Origin: Elusimicrobiota bacterium
GTDB lineage: Bacteria > Elusimicrobiota > Elusimicrobia > UBA1565 > UBA9628
Length of the DNA stretch: 39,584 bases
Assembly (NCBI GenBank): GCA_027319565.1
Contig: DAHVNA010000017.1
Location: 1 to 39,584 of the forward strand
Direction of reading: 5' to 3'
The stretch's first letter is position 1. The number at the start of each line of letters is the position of its first letter. Made by a program: the position numbers and the translations under genes. The notes beneath the pieces are model-generated. The model was not told the DNA's origin. It ran no database searches and saw only the letters and a program-made list of their open reading frames with translations. This document shows, piece after piece, positions 21,304 to 30,287 of the stretch.

Positions 21304-21344
21304 AAAAAGGGGCTCTTCCCGGGTATCGGGAGGCATAACCCCTT
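21304..21344 (-). terminator. Putative intrinsic terminator (riboswitch expression platform)
   Basis: Minus strand AAGGGGTT..TCCCG-ATACC-CGGGA..AGCCCC followed by TTTTT, between the aptamer and the SprA-like gene. Confidence 0.55.
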
Positions 21345-21384
21345 CCTCTTGGGCGGGGCCCAAGTTTTTTGCGTGTTCATTTGT

Positions 21385-21458
21385 TTCGGCAACCTGACAA
21401 TCCTTTCGGACTCAGGGCTTTGCGTCCCCGTCTTTGGACGGGTTTGCCTTTATCGCCT
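21385..21458 (-). ncRNA. Cyclic di-GMP-I (GEMM) riboswitch aptamer, compact variant
   Basis: Minus strand CGATAAAGGCAAACCCGTC-CAAA-GACGGGGACGCAAAGCCCTGA..TCC-GAAA-GGA..TCAGGTTGCCGA has the GGCAAACC / GACGCAAAGC / GTTGCCG hallmarks. Confidence 0.88.
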
Positions 21459-21529
21459 GCCTCGATGAATTTCCCCACTCAAAGGACGCCTTTCGGCTAT
21501 CCTCGGCAACAGGCAGGATCGCCATTAAG

Positions 21530-21557
21530 AGTGTAACAGAGTATTTGCGGCTGTCAA
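21530..21557 (-). promoter_or_regulatory. Sigma70-type promoter for the riboswitch/SprA-like transcript
   Basis: TTGACA-N16-TACACT with an extended -10 TG; predicted start near 21523. Confidence 0.7.
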
Positions 21558-21663
21558 GGGATAAATTTGCGAATTATTTTGCGGGGACAAATACTTAAAA
21601 AATCGCTTTTATTTAAAAGATATTTTTATTCTAATTTAGGGTAAATTGATAAAATACAGGTCA

Positions 21664-22638
21664 ATGAACGCCATTGAGGTCGAACTTCTCGCTAAGGAAT
21701 ATCAGGTTTTTGAACGCAAACCCGGGCTTTGGGGATCTATTGTTTCTGTCTTTTGGAGAGAGTGGAAAAACGTTCGGGCTGTTGACGCGATTTCTTTTGG
21801 GATTCAGGAGGGAGAGTTAGTTGGGTTTCTAGGGGCCAATGGCGCCGGAAAGACGACGACTCTTAAGATGCTCTCAGGCCTCTTAACCCCCAGTTCCGGA
21901 AGCGTCCGGGTTTTGGGGTTTCATCCTTGGAAAAGAGAGAGAGAATTTCAAAGGCAAATTTCTCTGGTTATGGGTCAGCGGACTCAATTATGGTGGGAAA
22001 TTCCCGCTCAAGAAACTTTTCGCTTAAACCAGGCGATTTATGGCCTGTCGGAAAAAGAGTATAGCCAGAGTTTAGGCGAGCTCGTTGAGATGCTGGATTT
22101 AAAAGACTGCCTTTCGGTTCCGGTCAAAAAGCTTTCCTTGGGGCAGCGAATGCGGGCGGAATTAGCGGCGGCTTTGCTTCATCGCCCGAAAATTCTTTTA
22201 CTCGATGAGCCGACATTGGGCCTTGATGTCGTGATGCAGAAAAAAGTGCGCGAGTTTATTCTCGACTACAACCGGAAATGGAAAGCCTCGATTCTGTTGA
22301 CCAGCCACAATATGGACGATTTGGCGGCTCTTTGCCAGCGGGTGTTGATGTTGGAAAAGGGAAAAATTATTTACGACGGGAGTCTTGAACAACTCGTGCG
22401 GCGATACGCCGAAAATAAAGTCATCCGAATGGTTTTTGAGGAGCGCGTTTCTCCCGTTCAAATCGCCGCGTTAGGGGCTCGCCTTGATTCCCTGGGGACC
22501 AGCGCTCTCATTTCGGTTCCACGCTCCGAGGTCTCAAAAAAGGCGGCTCTTTTTTTGTCGTCTTTTCCGATAGTGGATCTGACGATTGAAGAGGCCTCGG
22601 TCGATGAAATTGTTCGTACAATTTTTTCTCGAGCATGA
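21664..22638 (+). CDS. ABC transporter ATP-binding protein (ABC-2 type)
   Basis: 'GANGAGKTT', 'LSLGQRMR', 'LLLDEPT', 'TSH'. ATG at 21664. Confidence 0.95.
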   Translation: MNAIEVELLAKEYQVFERKPGLWGSIVSVFWREWKNVRAVDAISFGIQEGELVGFLGANGAGKTTTLKMLSGLLTPSSGSVRVLGFHPWKREREFQRQISLVMGQRTQLWWEIPAQETFRLNQAIYGLSEKEYSQSLGELVEMLDLKDCLSVPVKKLSLGQRMRAELAAALLHRPKILLLDEPTLGLDVVMQKKVREFILDYNRKWKASILLTSHNMDDLAALCQRVLMLEKGKIIYDGSLEQLVRRYAENKVIRMVFEERVSPVQIAALGARLDSLGTSALISVPRSEVSKKAALFLSSFPIVDLTIEEASVDEIVRTIFSRA

Positions 22639-23429
22639 GAAAGTATTGGCGCGCCTATCAGATATCAATTCAAGAAACTCTTCAAAGGCGTTCTTCTTTG
22701 CTCATGGACCGCGTGGGAGGCTTGGCGGTGATGCTCAGCCTTTATTATTTTTGGAAAACCTTGTTGTCTGGGCGTCCGTCATTTTTGGGCTATTCCTATT
22801 CTCAAATGTTGACCTATATTTTGGGAATGAATATTTTAAGATCGTTCGCTTTAACGGGTCGAGGATGGGAATTGGTGGGGGAGATTTCTTCCGGCAAAAT
22901 ATCTTCCTATCTCGTTCGGCCTTTAAACTATCATGGGTATGCTTTGTCTTTGGATTTGTCCAAAAAAACGATACACCTCTTTGCCGCCTTAATCGAAGTG
23001 GGAGCTCTGATATTTTTCTTTCATCCGCCTTTTTATCTTCCGCAATCGATTCTGTCGGCGCTCGCGTTTTTAGCGGCTCTTGTCTTGGCTTCCCTTCTTT
23101 TCTTTTTCCTCGAATTTTTAGTCAGTTCGCTTGCCTTTTGGACTTCGGAATCCGGCGGACCGCTTTTTTTCTTTGAATTATGCGTTCAATTCGCCGCGGG
23201 TGCGTTTTTTCCGCTGGATGTTTTGCCGCGCTTGATTCAGAAAGGCTTGTCTTTCAGCCCGTTTCCCTATCTTGTTTTTTTGCCCATCAATATCTATCTC
23301 GGACGGGTGGGTGAAGGGCAGATATTTCGGGATTTATGGATGGCGGGTCTTTGGACCGCCATTTTCGCCGCCGTTTCACTGGCGGTTTGGAGAAAAGGCC
23401 TGGCAAGTTATTCGGCCGAGGGCGGATGA
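22635..23429 (+). CDS. ABC-2 family permease (DUF990 type)
   Basis: Six TM segments; 'EISSGKISSYLVRP', 'LAFW', 'GAFFPLDVLP'. ATGA overlap. Confidence 0.9.
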   Translation: MRKYWRAYQISIQETLQRRSSLLMDRVGGLAVMLSLYYFWKTLLSGRPSFLGYSYSQMLTYILGMNILRSFALTGRGWELVGEISSGKISSYLVRPLNYHGYALSLDLSKKTIHLFAALIEVGALIFFFHPPFYLPQSILSALAFLAALVLASLLFFFLEFLVSSLAFWTSESGGPLFFFELCVQFAAGAFFPLDVLPRLIQKGLSFSPFPYLVFLPINIYLGRVGEGQIFRDLWMAGLWTAIFAAVSLAVWRKGLASYSAEGG

Positions 23430-24211
23430 AAAAGTATTTGAGAGTCTGGTGGAAAATGTCTTCGATGAGCTTGATGGCTCAAATCTCCCATCCCTTGGGC
23501 TCAATCGGATTTTTACTGGGGAAAATTGTTCGCATTGCGTTTTTCTTCGCCTTTATTATCGCGATTTTTAGGCACATTAAAAGTTTGGCGGGATATTCTT
23601 TATCCGAAACGGCTCTTTTTTTCCTGACTTTTAATATCGTCGATATTTCGGCGCAGATTCTTTTTCGCGGAATTTATAGCGCTCGCCGGGCCGTGACCGA
23701 GGGGGATTTTGATTTCTATTTGCTTCAGCCTTGTTCCGCCCTTTTTCGATTGTCGATGACGACTTTTGATTTCTTGGACGCGATTACGCTTTTGCCGGTA
23801 ATCATCATGACCGGCGAAATCTTGGCTAAGTTTTTCTCTCCCACTTTTTTTATTCACTGCCTTCTTTATTTCTTTTTGACCTTGAATGCGGTTTTGATCG
23901 CCTCCTCATTTCATATTCTTGTCGCGGGGCTGGCGGTCAGAACTCAAGAATTGGAAAATACAATTTGGATCTATCGGGATATCATGTTCATGGGAAGGTT
24001 TCCCAGCGACGTTTATGGCCCGCTTTTTCAACTTTTTTTGACCTTTATCTTGCCGATTGCCGTGATGACGAGTTTTCCGGTCCGGGCTTTTTTAGGGCTC
24101 TTGTCGCCGCAATGGATTGTGTACTCTTTTGCCCTCTCCGGGTCGCTGATCGCTTTGAGTCTGTGGTTTTGGAAAACTTCCGTGCGGCAATATACTTCGT
24201 CTTCGAGTTAA
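23426..24211 (+). CDS. ABC-2 family permease (DUF990 type)
   Basis: 'GDFDFYLLQP', 'RFPSDVY', 'TFILP', C-terminal 'YTSSSS'. ATG at 23426 overlaps the upstream stop. Confidence 0.9.
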   Translation: MKKYLRVWWKMSSMSLMAQISHPLGSIGFLLGKIVRIAFFFAFIIAIFRHIKSLAGYSLSETALFFLTFNIVDISAQILFRGIYSARRAVTEGDFDFYLLQPCSALFRLSMTTFDFLDAITLLPVIIMTGEILAKFFSPTFFIHCLLYFFLTLNAVLIASSFHILVAGLAVRTQELENTIWIYRDIMFMGRFPSDVYGPLFQLFLTFILPIAVMTSFPVRAFLGLLSPQWIVYSFALSGSLIALSLWFWKTSVRQYTSSSS

Positions 24212-24276
24212 TTTATCTGATATCATCTAAAAGGCGCTGAACTATGGCATTGGAAAATCGGGCGGTCTAAAGACTC

Positions 24277-26826
24277 GTGATCGCTTTTGTTTCCAGTTTG
24301 CTGTTCGGTTTTTTAGGGCTCGGCGGCGGGATTTATGCCCAAAGCGTTCCGTCGGTGTCCACAATGACGGTTCCCTATTCTAAATTGGATCTCCCCAGTC
24401 CGGTGGATTCTAGTATCGTTCCGTCATCGTCGACCGCGATGCCTGGCATGGCCGGATTTAAGGTTCTCGCGGCCTCAAGCGCCCCTGTGAACTCGGTCTC
24501 AAACTCTTCGGCGCCGGCCTCAAGCGCGCAAGCCTCTTCGGAGTCGGATGCTTCCGATGATTCCGATTTGCCTCCGCCCGAGCCCTGGGTCATTGGAGAA
24601 ATTGCGGTTTCCGGAAACAAGAACGTGCGCAAGAGCGTCATTCTCGATGAGGTCAAGGCCAGAAAAGGCGGAATTTATGAAAGCTCGGATCTCAGTCAAG
24701 ATATCCAGAGCCTTTTGGATCTCGGAGATTTCGAGAGAGTGGGGGCCGATATCACCGCGCTTAAAACGCCGGTTCCAACCAGATACAAAGATGTGGCAGG
24801 GTCGCCTTACGAGGTCAAATTGACTTTTTTGATTACGGAGCGTCCGATTATCAATACGATCGTCTTTAAGGGCGCTCATGCGATTTCCGCAGTCATTTTA
24901 TCTGAGAAAGTCGCTTTAAAACATGGGGATCCCTTGGATTTAGTCAAACTAGATAAAGGCAAGGATAAAATCCTGAAGCTCTACACCAAGAAAGGTTTCT
25001 TAGATGCCAAGGTTTCAGATACCGTTAAAACCGACACGACGACCCTCAAAAGCGATATCGTCTTTCATATTTCAGAGGGGAAAAAGTCCAAGATATTCTG
25101 GGTTTCCCTCAAAGGGGTCCATGCGTTTAAGAAAAGTAAAATCAGGGGGCTTTTGACTAATAAGCGTGGGAAACCTTTTTCAAGAAAGGCTCTGCCGCGG
25201 GACATCGAAAAAATTAAAGCCTATTATGAAATTCACGGCTATAGCGATATCAAAATCAGCACCCCTGTTGTCTGGCATAGCTTGGACCGTCTTAGAATTT
25301 ATATCGATTTAAAGGTCAAGGAAGGCCCCTTGTACCGGTTCGGGGGCACCACTTTTTCGGGAAATTTGGTTTTTACCTCGACTGATTTATATAAGGTCCT
25401 CGAATATCACCAAGGCCGGGTTTTTAATGAAGAGAAATTTATCGATACCATCCGGGCGATTCAGCAGAAATATGCCAATAAGGGATATTTGAAAGCGCGC
25501 GTGTTCCCCATAAAAACCTATAATAGTCAAACCAAGCAAATGGACGTGCACTTTAGCATTTTTGAAGGCAATGTCATCTATGTTGAACGCGTGCGGGTGG
25601 AGGGAAATAAAACGACAAAGACCTATGCGCTTCGCCGCGAAATCATCACCAATCCTGGCGATCCTTTTTCCGCCAAAAAGGTCAAGCGCAGCCGCGAAAT
25701 GCTCATGAACCTGGGTTTTCTTGACAGCGTGAACGTGGATATTCAAAGTCCGGATGATCCCAATGAGGTGGACTTGACCTATGACGTAGTCGAAGGCAAG
25801 CCGGGGATGATGACGGCCGGAGGCGCCTATTCTTCGATCATGGGGTTATTTGGCACTCTGTCATTAACGAATATGAATTTCCTAGGCCGCGCTCAGAAAT
25901 TATCCGCCAATTGGTCTTTCGGACAGAGAATTTTAATGTATTCCGTCAATTGGAGCACTCCGTTTGTCGGCAACAGCCCCACGAGCTTGGGCATCAGCCT
26001 GTTTGACTCTATGCAGATTAGCCCCTTTGGGGGATCTCTCTATGCCTATACGCTTTATTCTAAAGGCGCGACGGTGACCGTCGGTCCCCGCTTTGAAGAC
26101 GATCAATACCTCCTCAACTTTTCCTATACTCTTTCCCAGATGCAAATTAGCGGAATCCAAACCGGCTTTAATAATTTGTTGACCCAAGGAACCAGCATTT
26201 ATTCATATGGAACGGTCAGTTTTTCCCGCGATACCCGGGATAATATCTGGGATCCCCACAGCGGCAGCCAAAACATGATCTCGCTTGAATTGGCGGGAGG
26301 CCCTTTCATGGGGCAAGTCAATTTCTTTCAGCCGACTTTAAAAGATGCGATTTACTATCAGTTGTTTTCCGTTGACGATTATCCCTTTGTCCTTGGGGCT
26401 TTAAACCGGGCTTCAATTATTACGGCGTTTGGATCGACCACGGTGGTCCCCGTGTTTAACCGGTTTTTCCTGGGCGGGGAAAACGATTTGCGCGGATATG
26501 AGCCGACCGGCGAAGTCGGAGACCCCAACGGCGGAACAGTCTATGACGTTTCGACCTTAAGCGTCAGCTTTCCAGTCGTTAAATCTCATCAGCGGAGTAT
26601 CGCCGATTTTGAAACTTTCTTTGACGCGGGTTCTGCCTGGGCGGGCGCGCGGCAGATGAGTATCCAAATTGGAACATCTCAGACCGACATTAAAACTGAT
26701 GCCGGCGTTGGAATCCGTTTTGTCACTCCAGCTTTTCCCATTCGTCTGGATTGGGGATACGGCTTTGAACATAATCCCAACGAAGCTAAATCCGTCGTCA
26801 CTTTTGGCATGGGGCAGGCTTTCTAA
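24277..26826 (+). CDS. bamA: Outer membrane protein assembly factor BamA
   Basis: POTRA repeats ('GNKTTKTYALRRE'), 'RFFLGGENDLRGY', 'GVGIRFVTPAFPIRLDWG', terminal Phe. Ser-rich N-terminal extension. Confidence 0.95.
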   Translation: MIAFVSSLLFGFLGLGGGIYAQSVPSVSTMTVPYSKLDLPSPVDSSIVPSSSTAMPGMAGFKVLAASSAPVNSVSNSSAPASSAQASSESDASDDSDLPPPEPWVIGEIAVSGNKNVRKSVILDEVKARKGGIYESSDLSQDIQSLLDLGDFERVGADITALKTPVPTRYKDVAGSPYEVKLTFLITERPIINTIVFKGAHAISAVILSEKVALKHGDPLDLVKLDKGKDKILKLYTKKGFLDAKVSDTVKTDTTTLKSDIVFHISEGKKSKIFWVSLKGVHAFKKSKIRGLLTNKRGKPFSRKALPRDIEKIKAYYEIHGYSDIKISTPVVWHSLDRLRIYIDLKVKEGPLYRFGGTTFSGNLVFTSTDLYKVLEYHQGRVFNEEKFIDTIRAIQQKYANKGYLKARVFPIKTYNSQTKQMDVHFSIFEGNVIYVERVRVEGNKTTKTYALRREIITNPGDPFSAKKVKRSREMLMNLGFLDSVNVDIQSPDDPNEVDLTYDVVEGKPGMMTAGGAYSSIMGLFGTLSLTNMNFLGRAQKLSANWSFGQRILMYSVNWSTPFVGNSPTSLGISLFDSMQISPFGGSLYAYTLYSKGATVTVGPRFEDDQYLLNFSYTLSQMQISGIQTGFNNLLTQGTSIYSYGTVSFSRDTRDNIWDPHSGSQNMISLELAGGPFMGQVNFFQPTLKDAIYYQLFSVDDYPFVLGALNRASIITAFGSTTVVPVFNRFFLGGENDLRGYEPTGEVGDPNGGTVYDVSTLSVSFPVVKSHQRSIADFETFFDAGSAWAGARQMSIQIGTSQTDIKTDAGVGIRFVTPAFPIRLDWGYGFEHNPNEAKSVVTFGMGQAF

Positions 26827-27857
26827 TGATAACCGCCTTGGCTTTTTTGCTTTTGACGCCCCGGGTTGAGGCCGCAATTGAGTTGTCTTTGGAGTCCAAT
26901 CGGGTTGAGCGCGGAAATATCGGATATGTGGACATGGAAAAACTCTTTGAAGAATTTCCCGAAACCATCGCCGCCAAGAAAAAATTTAAAAAAGACCTTC
27001 AAAAAGCCGAGGACAAAATCAACCTTGAAAAAATAGGAATTTTGCATTTAAGGCAAGACCTTTCTGAATTGCGAATGGAAAGGCGTTATGAACAGAAGAA
27101 TCAATCAAAATCCTTTTCCCAGAAAGCGGTTCTTGTTTCCTCTTCCGTTGTCACTTCTTCTTCGCCGGCGGCCGTGGCTTTAAGTTCCGCCGCAGTTTCG
27201 CCCAAGATTCAGGGCTCTTCGCAAACCTATGTTTCCTCTCGGACCGTTCAAGGAACTCCTATCGCTTCCGTTGCTGCCTCTTCGGCAGTCGCGGTGTCCT
27301 CATCGGTCGCTGTTTCAACCTCCGCGCCCAAAAATCAAAGCGCGCCTATAGATCGCAGTTTGATATCGGCTCTTCCCGGTTTTGGTCGGTCGCCAGCGGA
27401 GGAAAAGTCTTCGCATTCAATGTATTTGTCTTCCGCTCCCCATGTTTCCTCTATGAGTTCTGTCGCCTCTCCGCCGTCCGTGAGCTCTCCCTCGTTGCCG
27501 GTCAACCCCGTCTTTGACATTTCTTCAACTCATCAAAAGCCCATTCCGCCTTCCCAAATGAGCATCCAGCAGCTGGATGCCAAGATTAACAAAGAGAAAC
27601 AAGAAATCGCTCAGGATCAGGCGAACTTAAAGCAGGATGAATCCTCCATAGAAAAAAATCTTCTGAATCTGGAAAATCGGGAAACCCAGGGGCTTCTGGG
27701 AAAGATTTATAAAGTCATCCGGGAAGTGGCTACGGAATCGGGCGTTAGCGTGGTCGTTGATAAAAGCCAAATTCTTTACGGACACAATGCCGTCGATTTG
27801 ACGGATAAGGTCTTAAAGAGGCTTAAGGTATTAAAAGAATCAGGAGGTTTTCAGTGA
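26826..27857 (+). CDS. skp: OmpH/Skp family chaperone with a long Ser/Pro-rich insertion
   Basis: '[10 protein letters not shown]' N-terminus and '[11 protein letters not shown]...DLTDKVL' C-terminus; canonical position between bamA and lpxD. Confidence 0.85.
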   Translation: MITALAFLLLTPRVEAAIELSLESNRVERGNIGYVDMEKLFEEFPETIAAKKKFKKDLQKAEDKINLEKIGILHLRQDLSELRMERRYEQKNQSKSFSQKAVLVSSSVVTSSSPAAVALSSAAVSPKIQGSSQTYVSSRTVQGTPIASVAASSAVAVSSSVAVSTSAPKNQSAPIDRSLISALPGFGRSPAEEKSSHSMYLSSAPHVSSMSSVASPPSVSSPSLPVNPVFDISSTHQKPIPPSQMSIQQLDAKINKEKQEIAQDQANLKQDESSIEKNLLNLENRETQGLLGKIYKVIREVATESGVSVVVDKSQILYGHNAVDLTDKVLKRLKVLKESGGFQ

Positions 27858-28906
27858 GCGAGAATTCTCTATATTTGGGGAAAAAGGCCGCCGAAATAGC
27901 GGCTCTGGTGCGTGGGAAATTGGAGGGAGACGGCGATTTGATGATCGCGGGGCTTGATTCTCTGGAAAATGCCGGGCCGTTGGATCTTTCTTTTTTGGGA
28001 AATCCCAAGTATGCCGAGGCCGCGAGAAATTCTCGCGCCGGGTGTTTGCTTTTGCCGAAAGGATCTGAAAATATCTCTTACCAAGCTCCGAGCCGAATTT
28101 ATGTCGAAGATCCGCAATACGCGTTTTCGCAGCTGTTGGTGGAGATTGAATCGCGGTTTCCGAAATCTCCGCCCTTGGTCGATGAAAGAGCCGTCATCCA
28201 TTATGAGGCGCGGTTGGGACCGGAGGTTTCAGTTTCCCCGTTTGTGGTCGTCGAAAGAAAGGCGGTTGTTGGCGAGCGCACGGTCATCGGCCCTCACTGT
28301 TTTATCGGCGCCGGGGCTCGGATAGGACATAGTTGCCGCATCTATCCCAATGTGGTCATCCGTGAAAATTGCGTCATCGGCGACCGCGCGATTATTCATT
28401 CCGGGACCGTGGTTGGTTCCGACGGTTTTGGATTTTCAACGGATAAGAAAACCGGTCAGCATCGAAAAATTCCGCAGTTGGGAAATGTCGTCATTGGAGA
28501 TGATGTCGAAATTGGCGCCAACGTCGCTATCGATCGAGCGACCATCGGCTCGACCGTGATCGGAGATGGAACTAAAATCGACAACTTAGTTCAAATCGCC
28601 CATAACGTCAGGATCGGGAAAAGGTGTCTGATCGTCGGCCAGGTGGGAATCGCGGGTTCGACTCAATTGGGGGACCAGGTGATTTTGGCGGGCCAGGTGG
28701 GAATTGTCGGTCACCTTAAAATCGGAGATGGAGCCACAGTGATGGCTCAGAGCGGAGTGATGAATGACGTTGAAAAGGGGCAAATTCTCTTTGGGTCTCC
28801 GGCTAAGCCGAGAAAAGAAGCGATGAAGCTTTTGGCTCTCTATGGAAGGCTTCCGGAGCTTTTTGAATCCATCAAGAAATTAGCGGGACGCGAATTAATT
28901 GAGTGA
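27854..28906 (+). CDS. lpxD: UDP-3-O-(3-hydroxyacyl)glucosamine N-acyltransferase
   Basis: 'LSFLGNPKY', hexapeptide repeats, 'GSDGFGF', 'KIPQLG', '[12 protein letters not shown]'. Confidence 0.97.
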   Translation: MSENSLYLGKKAAEIAALVRGKLEGDGDLMIAGLDSLENAGPLDLSFLGNPKYAEAARNSRAGCLLLPKGSENISYQAPSRIYVEDPQYAFSQLLVEIESRFPKSPPLVDERAVIHYEARLGPEVSVSPFVVVERKAVVGERTVIGPHCFIGAGARIGHSCRIYPNVVIRENCVIGDRAIIHSGTVVGSDGFGFSTDKKTGQHRKIPQLGNVVIGDDVEIGANVAIDRATIGSTVIGDGTKIDNLVQIAHNVRIGKRCLIVGQVGIAGSTQLGDQVILAGQVGIVGHLKIGDGATVMAQSGVMNDVEKGQILFGSPAKPRKEAMKLLALYGRLPELFESIKKLAGRELIE

Positions 28907-28938
28907 GATAGTATCTCGCTATCTCCCTGGAGATTTTT

Positions 28939-29817
28939 ATGGAAACAATGCAGGCGACGATTAAAAAAGAAATCAGTCTTGAGGGCATCGGCCTTCATAC
29001 CGGAAGCCCGTCGAAACTGACTTTCCGTCCGGCTCCGGCGAACACCGGCATCCGGTTTTTCAGGACCGATTTGCCGGGGCACCCGATGGTTCCGGCGCGC
29101 TTGGATTTTGTCGTTACGACCGTTCGTGGAACCAATCTGGGACTTGGGGAAGCGAAAATACACACTGTCGAGCATGTCCTTTCCGCCTGTACCGGCGCGG
29201 GTATTGATAATATCGATGTCTGGGTTTCCGCCCCCGAGCCCCCGATTATGGACGGTTCGGCTCTTCCGTTTGTGAAGGCGATTTTGACGGCCGGAATTGA
29301 ACATTACCCCGACGCTCCCAAGCGCTGGCTTCATTTGCCGGGGGAAGTCCTTTATCAGGACGGGAAAGCGAAGTACCGGGCTATTCCTTCAGATAATTTT
29401 GAGATTCGAGCGACTTTAATTCACGAGCACCCCTTGATGCCGGAGATGAGCTTGACTCTTGAATTGAACCGCGAGATCTATCTTCGAGAAATCGCTCCGG
29501 CCCGCACTTTTTGTTTTGAACACGAGGTTGAGTTTCTCAAGTCGCAGGGATTGGCCCAGGGCGGATCTCTTGATAACGCGATTGTCATCGGCAAAGACCG
29601 CTATCATACCAATGAGGGCGGTTTGCGCTTTCCAGACGAGTTTGTTCGCCATAAAATGCTAGACTTAATAGGGGATCTAACCTTGATCGGTCGCCCGCTT
29701 TTCAAGATGCGGGTCGAGGCTGAATATCTGGGCCACGCCCACAACGTCGCTTTCGCCAAACTTCTGAGGGAAGCGGCGGTCAAAATGAGAGGCAAAAAAT
29801 CCCTGGAGGCGCATTAA
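28939..29817 (+). CDS. lpxC: UDP-3-O-acyl-N-acetylglucosamine deacetylase
   Basis: 'GIGLHTG', 'TVEHVLSA', 'PIMDGSA', 'ARTF', 'RHKMLDLIGDL', 'GH'. Confidence 0.97.
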   Translation: METMQATIKKEISLEGIGLHTGSPSKLTFRPAPANTGIRFFRTDLPGHPMVPARLDFVVTTVRGTNLGLGEAKIHTVEHVLSACTGAGIDNIDVWVSAPEPPIMDGSALPFVKAILTAGIEHYPDAPKRWLHLPGEVLYQDGKAKYRAIPSDNFEIRATLIHEHPLMPEMSLTLELNREIYLREIAPARTFCFEHEVEFLKSQGLAQGGSLDNAIVIGKDRYHTNEGGLRFPDEFVRHKMLDLIGDLTLIGRPLFKMRVEAEYLGHAHNVAFAKLLREAAVKMRGKKSLEAH

Positions 29818-30287
29818 TGGAAAACGTTCTTGCTTCGCAGCCGGTAATCAGGGTCGTTGATATCAAGGGAATCAAAAAGGCGATTCCCCACCGCTATCCC
29901 TTTCTTTTAGTCGATCGGGTTGAGGTTATCGAAGAAGATAAGCGCGCGGTGGGCACCAAGATGGTGACGATCAATGAACCCTTTTTTCAAGGTCATTTTC
30001 CCGATCATCCAATCATGCCCGGCGTTTTAATCATGGAAGCCTTGGCCCAGGCCGCTTGCGTGATGCTTTTGTCTAAGGGAGGCTATGAAAATAAAATAGC
30101 CTACTTCATGGGGATTGAAGAGGCAAAATTTAGAAATCCCGTTTTCCCCGGGACCGAGCTTAAGCTTCATATTGAAGTTCTTAGGCTTGGCCGGGCCGGT
30201 AAATTTAAGGGAGAAGCTAAAATTGGAGACAAGGTCGCCGCCGAAGGCGTGATGACTTTTGCGGTCGTCGATAAAGAGGTGGCATAA
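29817..30287 (+). CDS. fabZ: 3-hydroxyacyl-ACP dehydratase
   Basis: 'IPHRYPFLLVDR', 'FFQGHFP..PIMPGVLIMEALAQ'. Confidence 0.97.
   Translation: MENVLASQPVIRVVDIKGIKKAIPHRYPFLLVDRVEVIEEDKRAVGTKMVTINEPFFQGHFPDHPIMPGVLIMEALAQAACVMLLSKGGYENKIAYFMGIEEAKFRNPVFPGTELKLHIEVLRLGRAGKFKGEAKIGDKVAAEGVMTFAVVDKEVA

Noticed and set aside
21198..21392. 64-aa ORF between the riboswitch and the SprA-like gene, with its stop overlapping the TTG start
   Set aside because: It overlaps the aptamer end and terminator hairpin, has no SD and no recognisable protein features. A leader-peptide role cannot be excluded but is unsupported.
22586..23176. 196-aa alternative-frame ORF, and similar ORFs at 10162-10701 and 28840-29334
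   Set aside because: They largely or entirely overlap well-supported genes and show no recognisable domains.
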